Origin: a bacterium
GTDB taxonomy: Bacteria; Zhuqueibacterota; Zhuqueibacteria; Oceanimicrobiales; Oceanimicrobiaceae
DNA: 26,405 bases
Reading direction: 5' to 3'
NCBI GenBank assembly: GCA_046757165.1
Contig: JBHHXT010000053.1
Coordinates: forward strand, 1 to 26,405
Shown here: piece by piece, positions 17,077-24,976 of the stretch
Numbering within the stretch: the first letter of the stretch is position 1
Layout: every line of letters begins with the position of its first letter
Position numbers and translations under genes: made by a program
Notes under the pieces: model-generated
Databases searched by the model: none
The model's input: only the letters and a program-made list of their open reading frames with translations
What the model was told of the DNA's origin: nothing

Positions 17077-17171
17077 ACGCAAAGGTTTTTCTCTGCGATC
17101 CCTTCGCGTCTTTGCGTGAAACCTTTATCTTTTGGGATTTAATTTTCGTTTCTTGCCAAAAAATGACAGAA
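17077..17171. repeat. Dispersed ~95-bp palindromic repeat, copy 2 (inverted relative to 640-734)
   Basis: ACGCAAAGGTTTTTCTCTGCGATCCCTT...CTTGCCAAAAAATGACAGAA aligns with the reverse complement of 640-734. Confidence 0.85.
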
Positions 17172-17242
17172 GAAATCCGCGTGGGTCTTTTTATCCGTGC
17201 AGCGATCGCAAAACAAAACTTGATGGAATTCTTCCACAACAC

Positions 17243-18046
17243 ATGAACAGAGGCAGCTATCCGTTCAAGCTCCTGGCAAAGGGCCCGTTCACGCACCAGC
17301 AGGTTCAGGTCCGTTGGAATGGGCAGCCACGGCAGTATTCAGAATCTGTGCAAGCAGGAATAGATGACTACTGGCGCCGCGAGGTCGAGCAGAGTGCAAA
17401 ATCCGAATACCTGTTCAACGGTGATTTGTGTCGGCTTGCGAATTGGCAGGCTTCCGGGCAAGGCTTGACGCTCATCCTGGAGTACACCAACTACAAAGAG
17501 CTCCTTTACTCGAATTATGTGCGCGACCAACGTCCGAACCCGGCGGCAGACGGCTTTGTTTCAGCAGCTCTGGGCATCAGTTTGATTCTGGTCAGTCAGG
17601 ACCACCAGATAGTCCTGATAAGACGCACGGAGACGGTCGGGGAGAGCCCGGGGAAACTGGATGTCATCGGCGGCCATGTGGAGCCGTATGCTCACCAGGT
17701 TGCGGGTCGACCCGATCCCTTCCGGGCCATGCAGGCTGAATTAGCAGAAGAAGCTCATCTTTCTGTGGACAGCCACGCAGACCTTCTCTGCCTCGGCTTG
17801 CTGGTGACGACGCAGACGGAAAAGCCGGAATTGATCTTCTTGCTCAACAGCCGCACGAGCCTGAAGGAGATTCTCGCTGCAAGTGCCGCTCAGCCGTCGC
17901 CTGAAATAGCGGAGCTGCTATCCGTTGAAGACGACCAGGACACGTTACACGCACTGCTGCTCGCGAAAAAGGCGGCATTTAGCCCATCAGCGCTTGGGGC
18001 GCTCTGGCTCTACAAAGAAATGATGGAGAAGCTCAGTGAACGCTAA
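17243..18046 (+). CDS. NUDIX hydrolase, NUDT22-like
   Basis: LFNG..RL, LEYTNYKE, ALGIS..L.S.D..IVLIRR...VGE.PG.LD.IGGHVEP ... AELAEEA variant Nudix box, KPELIF; ATG 17243 chosen because the longer ORF starts inside a repeat. Confidence 0.8.
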   Translation: MNRGSYPFKLLAKGPFTHQQVQVRWNGQPRQYSESVQAGIDDYWRREVEQSAKSEYLFNGDLCRLANWQASGQGLTLILEYTNYKELLYSNYVRDQRPNPAADGFVSAALGISLILVSQDHQIVLIRRTETVGESPGKLDVIGGHVEPYAHQVAGRPDPFRAMQAELAEEAHLSVDSHADLLCLGLLVTTQTEKPELIFLLNSRTSLKEILAASAAQPSPEIAELLSVEDDQDTLHALLLAKKAAFSPSALGALWLYKEMMEKLSER

Positions 18047-19535
18047 GCCCGGAAGACATTTGTTGGCCCTGCATCTGCTCGCCCTTGCCCTGCTTACCGC
18101 TTGTGCTCCCCTGGGCCGGCTCGAGAAACCGGCAACGGCAGAGATCGACCTGCCAGAGCTTCAGCGCCGGATCGACACCATCCTGCAGGATTCCGTCCTG
18201 GCGCATTCGCGCGTGGGCATCAAAATCGTCTCCCTGGCATCCGGACAAACGGTCTACGAAAAAAACAGCCACCTGCTGTTCCACCCGGCTTCCAACATGA
18301 AACTGCTGACCACTGCCACCGCCCTGACTCGCCTCGGCACGAATTTTACCTTCAAGACCATCCTCTATGCCGATACAGCCGCTGTCTTTGATTCGGTGAT
18401 CGTGGGCAATCTTTACCTGAAAGGCTTCGCCGACCCGGAGCTCTCCCTTACTGATCTGGCATGGATGGCGCAACAGCTCAAAAAAAAAGGCATCCGAAGA
18501 ATTACCGGGGATCTCGTTTGCGATGACACGACCCTGGACGAGCTGTACCGGGGCGCAGGCTGGATGTGGGATGATGCCTCTTCCTGGTACTATGCGCCCA
18601 TCGGGGCTTTGACGGTCAACGACAACTGTGTCACCGTGGCCGTGAAGCCAGGAGCACGGGTCGGCGACAGCCTGCAGGTGCGGTTGGACCCGCCGACCGC
18701 GTACATGAAAGTTGCAAACCTGGGCCTGACGGTTGATTCGCTCGATACGATTCACATCAAAAAATTCAAGGTGCAACGGAAGTGGATAACGCCGGAGAAC
18801 ACCGTCGTCATTTCGGGCGGGCTCCCACCTGGCGCGAAAGAGCGGCGCTATGTTATCGACGTGGTCAACCCGACCCTGTTCACGGGGACGCTTTTCGCCG
18901 AAGCGCTGGAACGAGAGGCGATCGAATTGTCGGGGCAGATTGTGGCAGGGGAGCTTCCCGATACCAACGTTGTGCTGGTTACCCATCTATCGCAGCCGCT
19001 CGCTTCTGTTGTCAGGAACACCAACAAAATCAGCGACAATCTATCTGCGGAGCTGATTCTGAAAACGGTGGGGGCGGAACTGAAAGGCACGCCCGGAACC
19101 GCGAAAAAAGGCCTGGCCGTGGTCAAGGAATTTCTGCACGAAGCAGGGGTGGACACGACGGCGCTCTCCCTGGCGGACGGCTCCGGGAGCTCGCGCTATA
19201 ACCAGATCTCACCAGACCACATCATGAAAGTGTTGCAGGCCATGCACAAAGACTTTCGCCTTCAGGCCGAATTCAAAGCATCGCTCCCCATCGCCGGCGT
19301 CGATGGCACATTGCGGCACCGCATGAAAACCACGCCGGCGGAGGGCAAGCTGCGGGCCAAAACCGGCAACCTGCGCGGAGTTTCTGCCTTGTCGGGTTAC
19401 ACCACAACGGCCACCGGAGAGCTGCTGGCGTTTGCCATGATCATGGAGCACTTTGTGGCTCGAAACGCGCTCGTTAAGCAGGTTCAGGACAGGATCGGAT
19501 CGGTGATTTCTGGGATGGGTGACACAAGCAAGTAA
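18036..19535 (+). CDS. dacB: D-alanyl-D-alanine carboxypeptidase/endopeptidase (PBP4, peptidase S13), lipoprotein
   Basis: PASNMKLLT (SxxK), SDN (SxN), ADGSGSSR, AKTG (KTG); lipobox LTAC; overlaps the NUDIX stop. Confidence 0.95.
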   Translation: MNAKPGRHLLALHLLALALLTACAPLGRLEKPATAEIDLPELQRRIDTILQDSVLAHSRVGIKIVSLASGQTVYEKNSHLLFHPASNMKLLTTATALTRLGTNFTFKTILYADTAAVFDSVIVGNLYLKGFADPELSLTDLAWMAQQLKKKGIRRITGDLVCDDTTLDELYRGAGWMWDDASSWYYAPIGALTVNDNCVTVAVKPGARVGDSLQVRLDPPTAYMKVANLGLTVDSLDTIHIKKFKVQRKWITPENTVVISGGLPPGAKERRYVIDVVNPTLFTGTLFAEALEREAIELSGQIVAGELPDTNVVLVTHLSQPLASVVRNTNKISDNLSAELILKTVGAELKGTPGTAKKGLAVVKEFLHEAGVDTTALSLADGSGSSRYNQISPDHIMKVLQAMHKDFRLQAEFKASLPIAGVDGTLRHRMKTTPAEGKLRAKTGNLRGVSALSGYTTTATGELLAFAMIMEHFVARNALVKQVQDRIGSVISGMGDTSK

Positions 19536-19581
19536 ATTCAGGAAAACGTGCTGGACAGCAGGTTCGCTGACTCAATGCAAT

Positions 19582-19911
19582 TCACATAAAGAAGAAAATC
19601 TTAACGAAAATACTCCCCATCATACCGAGAAGCGCGATGAAAAGTGTCAGGGAAAGATTCTTAGCGCTTTGAATCTCCTGGCTTAATTCGCTGCGCAAGG
19701 ATTGCATCTCCTGGCGCAGTTCGTTTCCCAGGGCCTCCACCTTCGTATCCAATCGGTCAACTTTTTCGGCCAGATTCTTGACCTCGTTCTCAACAATCAG
19801 GATGCGGCCGGCGGGAGATTTCCGCACCGCCTCAACGTCCTCGATTCGCTGCGACAAATAGCGCTCGATGATTTCCTTGACTCTCTCTTCTGTTACCGGG
19901 CCGGAGGGCAT
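19582..19911 (-). CDS. Small coiled-coil protein with C-terminal transmembrane anchor (DUF1640/CCDC90-like architecture)
   Basis: Heptad-rich VENEVKNLAEKVDRLDTKVEALGNELRQEMQSLRSEL, then hydrophobic LSLTLFIALLGMMGSIFVKIFFFM; paralogous remnant at 21583-21832 supports coding status. Confidence 0.8.
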   Translation of the reverse strand: MPSGPVTEERVKEIIERYLSQRIEDVEAVRKSPAGRILIVENEVKNLAEKVDRLDTKVEALGNELRQEMQSLRSELSQEIQSAKNLSLTLFIALLGMMGSIFVKIFFFM

Positions 19912-20003
19912 CTTTCATCCAATTCTTCTTGTGCCGGGAAATACAAAACCAACCTCAATTTAGGGAACACCTGCTTTTTTGGCAACAAGAATTTGCGCAG
20001 CCT

Positions 20004-21542
20004 TCACTCCGAAAACGCCGCCTTCAGCAGCTCACTCTGCTTCTCAAACGCCGCGCGTGGATCGGCTGGCGTTTTCATCATGGCGATCTCCTGGCTCAAC
20101 AGACGGGCCAGATACATGGTGTGGCTGGCCTTTTGTTTCGATTCGCGTTTGTAGAGCGGGTGGTCTCGGTTGATGTAGATGATCTGTCCCTGGGTGAAGC
20201 ACTCGGGGTCATCTTCGCCGAAGTGGTCCAGACAGCAGGAGACCAGGTGGTCGCCGACAGAGATTTTGCGGATGACCGTGTTCGGGGTGAGCCGCTTGAC
20301 AACCGGAGCCTTCTCCTTAGCAGGCCCGGTCTCGTACGTCCCCTCGGCATCTGAGACGGTGTTTTCAGGCGTTAAACCGTCTGCTTCTTCCGAGGCAGGG
20401 AGGTCTCCATTCTCGCTCTCCGGGGTCATTTCTGCATCCTGCATCTCAGCTTCCGCCGGCCGGGCCTGGCCAGGCTCGCCGAGTGCGTCCGATTCCTCGC
20501 CAACTGGCAACAAGCCGGCTTCTATGAAATCCGGATGCCTGCCGAGGGCAAGCTGGATGCGCTCGATGGCTTCCTTGAGCGCCCGTTTGACCTTCTGCGT
20601 TTCCTTTTTGTCAGAGAGCCGGCCAACTTGCTGCTGCACCTCGCTCATGACCTTCTCCATGGCGGCCACAAAGGCTTCGTACTCGGGGGTGTCGACCCGG
20701 AAGCCGCTGCGATCGCTGGTGACCACCAGGAAATCCGCGTTGGCTTCGCCGCGGACGCGGGCGCCTTCTTTGCCCCAGGTCTGGATGCCGAAGTACTCCG
20801 TTTTCACCATCACGCCCTTGACGCGCACCCCAATCCCCATCTCTTTCGCCGCAGCCTGTGACGCCGGCACGAGCACGATCTCGCCGTGCACCGGGCCGAA
20901 AACCGTCCCTTCCAGAAACGGAAGACGGTGCCCTGGAATTCGGGCAAAGACAACGCGCTTGCCGTTGACATAAACAGCAAAGTTCTGTGCCTGAATCGGG
21001 ACGCTTTCCAGAATCTTTTGTCGAACCGTGTCCGGATCGAACGTGCGCGTCAGCCGCGACAACGTCACCGTGGTGCCATCGCCGCGCCGGGTGTCAGGTG
21101 CCAGAATTTCCATCGGCAAATCCCAGTGCTGGCTGCTCTGTGTCCAGATGTCTTTGTCAAAAGTTACCCTGGCGGCGAACTGTTTGCGTTGTGTGTAGAC
21201 TTCAAAGCGCTGGCACGCTGCCAGGCTCGCAAACTTGCCAATGCCAAACTGGCCGATACGGTCGCGTTTGTACACCGGAGACTTGCTTTTCTGTAACTTT
21301 TCAGGCGAGCCGATGTTGAAATACTGCTGCAACCCTTCGCCGTCCATCCCGGCACCGTCGTCCTCGACTTTGACCATGTCAGGGCGAATCGTCACTTTCA
21401 CGCGCGTGGCATCAGCATCATAGGCGTTGTTGACCAGCTCCCGGATCAGCTCAATGCTTTCGGTGTATAAACGTTCGCCCAGGGTGGTGATGTGACTCTT
21501 GTCCACTGTGATGGGAAGGGTGGTTTGGGATTTGACTTCCAT
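20004..21542 (-). CDS. GHKL (HSP90/MORC-like) ATPase, prokaryotic MORC-type
   Basis: IRELVNNAYDA, VEDDGAGM, IGQFGIGKFA, GTTVTL GHKL boxes; S5-like domain ending VRGEANADFLVVTSDRSGF; acidic linker; C-terminal IYINRDHPLY; start set at Met33 of the long ORF. Confidence 0.88.
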   Translation of the reverse strand: MEVKSQTTLPITVDKSHITTLGERLYTESIELIRELVNNAYDADATRVKVTIRPDMVKVEDDGAGMDGEGLQQYFNIGSPEKLQKSKSPVYKRDRIGQFGIGKFASLAACQRFEVYTQRKQFAARVTFDKDIWTQSSQHWDLPMEILAPDTRRGDGTTVTLSRLTRTFDPDTVRQKILESVPIQAQNFAVYVNGKRVVFARIPGHRLPFLEGTVFGPVHGEIVLVPASQAAAKEMGIGVRVKGVMVKTEYFGIQTWGKEGARVRGEANADFLVVTSDRSGFRVDTPEYEAFVAAMEKVMSEVQQQVGRLSDKKETQKVKRALKEAIERIQLALGRHPDFIEAGLLPVGEESDALGEPGQARPAEAEMQDAEMTPESENGDLPASEEADGLTPENTVSDAEGTYETGPAKEKAPVVKRLTPNTVIRKISVGDHLVSCCLDHFGEDDPECFTQGQIIYINRDHPLYKRESKQKASHTMYLARLLSQEIAMMKTPADPRAAFEKQSELLKAAFSE

Positions 21543-21582
21543 TGCAAAAAAAGGTTGGTTGTCCTTATTGGATTGTATGCTC

Positions 21583-21832
21583 TCACATAACAAAGAATAG
21601 CTTGACAAACATACTCCCAACGAGGCCCAGAATCGCAATAAGGAGCGTCACGGACAGAGTCTTCGAACTTTGGATTTCTTGCTTCAATTCTCTTCTCAGA
21701 ACGCCAATCTCAGATCTTATTTCTCTTACGTCGCCACTGAATCTATCTTATCATTAAATTAATGTTCTTGACTTCGTTTTCAATGATCAAAACCCTCCCC
21801 GCAGGCCCTTCGGTCAAGACTTCTTGTGCCAT
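21583..21832 (-). pseudogene. Frameshifted paralog of the 19582-19911 coiled-coil membrane protein
   Basis: ATG 21832 after GAGGGGAG gives MAQEVLTEGPAGRVLIIENEVKNI then stop at 21743; another frame gives EIRSEIGVLRRELKQEIQSSKTLSVTLLIAILGLVGSMFVKLFFVM* ending 21583. Confidence 0.82.
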
Positions 21833-22040
21833 CTATCTCCCCTCGTGATTCAGCGGGTCGCTAACCTCCTCTTCATCTGTTACAAATAAAGAAACCCAAG
21901 AACAAAAGTCAAAAGGATTCTTTCTAACTGTCCCCCCATTTTTGCGGACAGCTACTTCACGTCTGATCCAACACGGTTTGCAACTTCTGCGAAAGAATTA
22001 TTGGGAGTTAGCCGGTGAAAAGGATTATTCTTGGCACCCG

Positions 22041-23759
22041 TCAACCGAATTGCCTCGAATCCAGGAATCGACTCGAAACCGCAACAACGAACCCGATCAA
22101 CACGATCAAAAAGACGCTGTACGCCGCCGCTGAGCCGAGATTAAAGATTCGCAACTGCGAGATGATTTCAACGGAAATCGGCCGGTTGAAATAGTTGTAC
22201 AGCAAAATCGAAGAAACGAATTCACCCAACGCCAGGACGAACGCCAGCAGGGCGCCGGAGAGCACGCCCGGCGCAATCAGGGGCAAGATCACTTTTCGAA
22301 AAGCCAGCCACCAGCCGGCGCCGAGATTGCGGGCAGATTCTTCCAGAGAGGGCTCGAACCGTTCCAGCGCAGCGTAGGTGGAGCGAAACACCAGAGGCAG
22401 GTTGCGGATAAAGTAGGCCAATGGTAAAATCCAGAAAGACCCGACCAGTATTTGCCCGGCGGTGAGCAAACGGGGCTGATTGAACGTCAGAATCAGTGCA
22501 ATCGCCAGCACCGTGCCCGGGATCGCCCACGGCAGCATGGTCAAGACTTCCACGGCTTTCTTGCCGGGAAACTTCTTGCGGATCAGCAAATACGCCGCAC
22601 CGACGCCGAACAGAACATTGGCCACAGTGGCCAGCGTCGCCATCTTCAAGCTGTTGACAACCGGCTCCACCACCCGGGGATCTTGAAACAAGCGCGTGTA
22701 GTTTTCGACCGTGTACGCCGGAGGCAGCGTCTGCCAGGTCCAGGTACCATTCTTGACAAAGGAAATGAGAATCACCGTAACATGCGGCAAGATCAGCACC
22801 CCCACCCAGCAGATGCCCACGCCGGCCATGAACCATCGTGCGGCACCGCTGGTGATCGGTTTTGGCTGCCGGCGCACGCCTTTGCCGCCGCCGACATACT
22901 GTCTGCGCTCGGAATATTTCCTCAGAAGAATCAAGAACAGAATGGAAAGGCCCGCCAAAACCACGGATTGCGTCACTGCCAGGTCGAGATCGCCATTGAG
23001 CTTGCTATTGTAGATTTCGAGGCTCAGGACCCGGAAACCCCCGGCAAAGATGAACGGCGCGCTAAAAGAGGCCATCGAGGTCATGAACACCAGGAGCGAG
23101 GCCCCTCCTAACGCCGGGGTCATCATCGGGAGAATGACTTTTCGCAGCGCGAACCAGCGACTGGCTCCGAGATTGTAGGCCGCCTCCAGCATCGAGGGGT
23201 CCTGTTCGTTGAAAAACGCCGAGGCAAACAGGTAAAAATAAACATACATCGTGTAAACGTGCACGACAAGAATTGCTGCCACACCGTCGACAGAAAAGGG
23301 CACAGCCTCCAGTCCCAAAACCGCCTGAATCGCACGGGGCAAAATCCCGCTCTCCCCAAATAAGAACAGGAATGCCAGCACCCCCACCAGCGGAGGCATG
23401 ACAATCGGCAGGACAGCAATCGCGGAGAAAAACGTTTTGCCCGGGAAATCATAATGGCTGAAAAGATAGGCCAGAGGCACGCCCACGAGCGCGGAAAAAA
23501 GCACGGTGAGCAAAGAAATATAGACACTCCCCCACAACGCCTCCAGATTAGCGGAATGCTTGAAATCAAAAAAATCCAAATAGTTGGAAAAGGTCACCTG
23601 CCCGTTCCGGACAAAGCTCTGGTGCAAAATTTCAAGATGGGGATAAAGAACGTAGGCGACCAGGACAAAACCAATCGGCAGCAGCAGCACGAGCAGCGGG
23701 CCATATCTTTGCCAAAGGCGATAAATGTGGCATCTTTCGGGCCGCGAAGAATCAGGCAT
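22041..23759 (-). CDS. ABC transporter permease, FbpB/AfuB-type (two fused TM domains)
   Basis: Two EAA loops (DPSMLEAAYNLGAS; EPSLEESARNLGAG), ~12 TM helices; ATG 23759 overlaps the ATPase stop. Confidence 0.92.
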   Translation of the reverse strand: MPDSSRPERCHIYRLWQRYGPLLVLLLPIGFVLVAYVLYPHLEILHQSFVRNGQVTFSNYLDFFDFKHSANLEALWGSVYISLLTVLFSALVGVPLAYLFSHYDFPGKTFFSAIAVLPIVMPPLVGVLAFLFLFGESGILPRAIQAVLGLEAVPFSVDGVAAILVVHVYTMYVYFYLFASAFFNEQDPSMLEAAYNLGASRWFALRKVILPMMTPALGGASLLVFMTSMASFSAPFIFAGGFRVLSLEIYNSKLNGDLDLAVTQSVVLAGLSILFLILLRKYSERRQYVGGGKGVRRQPKPITSGAARWFMAGVGICWVGVLILPHVTVILISFVKNGTWTWQTLPPAYTVENYTRLFQDPRVVEPVVNSLKMATLATVANVLFGVGAAYLLIRKKFPGKKAVEVLTMLPWAIPGTVLAIALILTFNQPRLLTAGQILVGSFWILPLAYFIRNLPLVFRSTYAALERFEPSLEESARNLGAGWWLAFRKVILPLIAPGVLSGALLAFVLALGEFVSSILLYNYFNRPISVEIISQLRIFNLGSAAAYSVFLIVLIGFVVAVSSRFLDSRQFG

Positions 23760-24828
23760 TGGGCAACACTTGAATACGCTCAGGACTGACCCGCAAAAAG
23801 ACACGACTGCCGACCTCTCTGGCAAAAGCCGTTTGTGCCGCAAGACTCTTGACGCGCAGCTCGAGGCCGGCCACATCGACGACGTAATCGACGATAGAAC
23901 CAGAAAATTTCATGGCCCGGATGGTCGCCTGGAATTCATTGCTGGCATGGTGTGCCTCCGGCACAATCCGAATGGCTTCCGGTCTCAGGCTTACCGTCAC
24001 CGCCTCGCCCGTTTCAAACCGCCCGTTGGCATCTGGCGCCAAGAACAGCTTGAAGCCGGCGGAAAACGCCACGCCAGCTCTGCCCTTCTCCAGAATCGCC
24101 TTGCCGGCGAGCACATTCGAATTACCGACAAAGTTGGCGACAAACGCGTTCGCGGGGTGTTGGTAAATCTCTTCCGGCGTGCCGACCTGCTGGCAAACGC
24201 CCTGATTCATGATCGCGATTTTGTCGGACAGCGTCAACGCCTCTTCCTGGTCATGGGTCACGTAAATGGTGGTGATTCCCAGACGGCGTTGCAGGTTCTT
24301 GATCTCGTCGCGCGTTTCTTCCCGCAGTTTCGCGTCCAGATTGCTGAGCGGCTCATCGAGCAGCAGAGTCTCCGGCTCGATGACCACGGCGCGGGCCAGG
24401 GCAACACGCTGCTGCTGGCCGCCTGAGAGCTGGGTGACTCTTCTGCTGCCCAACCCCTGCAGGTCTACCAACTCCAGCGCCTTGCCCACACGGCGCTGGA
24501 TATCCGGTTTCAAAACCTTGCGCGCCAGCAGACCGAACGCAATATTCTCAGAAACCGTCATGTGCGGGAAAAGTGCGAAGTTTTGGAAGACCATGCCGGT
24601 TTTGCGAAGATTGGCTTTCAAGAAGGTGACCTCCCGGTCAGCCAGAAAAATCTGACCCGAGGTGGGAAACTCGAGACCGGCGACCATGCGCAGCGTGGTG
24701 GTTTTGCCGCAGCCGCTCGGGCCAAGGATGCTGAAGAATTCGCCTTGCTGGATTTCGAGGTCGAGGTCACGAACAGCAGTGACTCTGCCGAACTTCTTGT
24801 TGACGCTCTTTAGCTTGACGTTTGACAC
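23752..24828 (-). CDS. ABC transporter ATP-binding protein, FbpC/PotA-type
   Basis: GPSGCGKTT Walker A, VFQNFALFPHM, LSGGQQQRVALARA, LLLDEPLSNLD, VTHDQEEA, C-terminal TOBE-like domain. Confidence 0.95.
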   Translation of the reverse strand: MSNVKLKSVNKKFGRVTAVRDLDLEIQQGEFFSILGPSGCGKTTTLRMVAGLEFPTSGQIFLADREVTFLKANLRKTGMVFQNFALFPHMTVSENIAFGLLARKVLKPDIQRRVGKALELVDLQGLGSRRVTQLSGGQQQRVALARAVVIEPETLLLDEPLSNLDAKLREETRDEIKNLQRRLGITTIYVTHDQEEALTLSDKIAIMNQGVCQQVGTPEEIYQHPANAFVANFVGNSNVLAGKAILEKGRAGVAFSAGFKLFLAPDANGRFETGEAVTVSLRPEAIRIVPEAHHASNEFQATIRAMKFSGSIVDYVVDVAGLELRVKSLAAQTAFAREVGSRVFLRVSPERIQVLPNA

Positions 24829-24872
24829 GGTGTTATCGTATTGTTTCTGAACCTTTGCACAAGAAAATGGCT

Positions 24873-24976
24873 AATGACGCGAAGCGAATGACATGCCGCT
24901 CATTGGGTCATTGGGTCATTGGCCTTCGGCGTCATGGCCTTCGGTGTCATTTGCATCTGTCAATGACAGCGAAGCG
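24873..24976. repeat. GTCATT/AATGAC-family REP-like repeat, copy 2, inside ABC operon
   Basis: AATGACGCGAAGCG, GGGTCATT x2, GGCCTTCGG x2, CAATGACAGCGAAGCG (near reverse complement of 2042-2059). Confidence 0.7.

Noticed and set aside
17132..17242. N-terminal extension of the NUDIX ORF
   Set aside because: TTG start lies inside the 95-bp repeat and the extension has no protein-like features
21543..21638. N-terminal extension of the GHKL ATPase
   Set aside because: Runs into the upstream pseudogene in another frame; Met at 21542 is the plausible start
21883..21912. Minus-strand promoter for the pseudogene/ATPase unit
   Set aside because: TTGACT -35 is present but the -10 (TTATTT/TATTTG) is too weak to call
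23760..23876. N-terminal extension of the ABC permease
   Set aside because: Overlaps the ATPase gene by over 100 nt; ATG 23759 gives normal translational coupling
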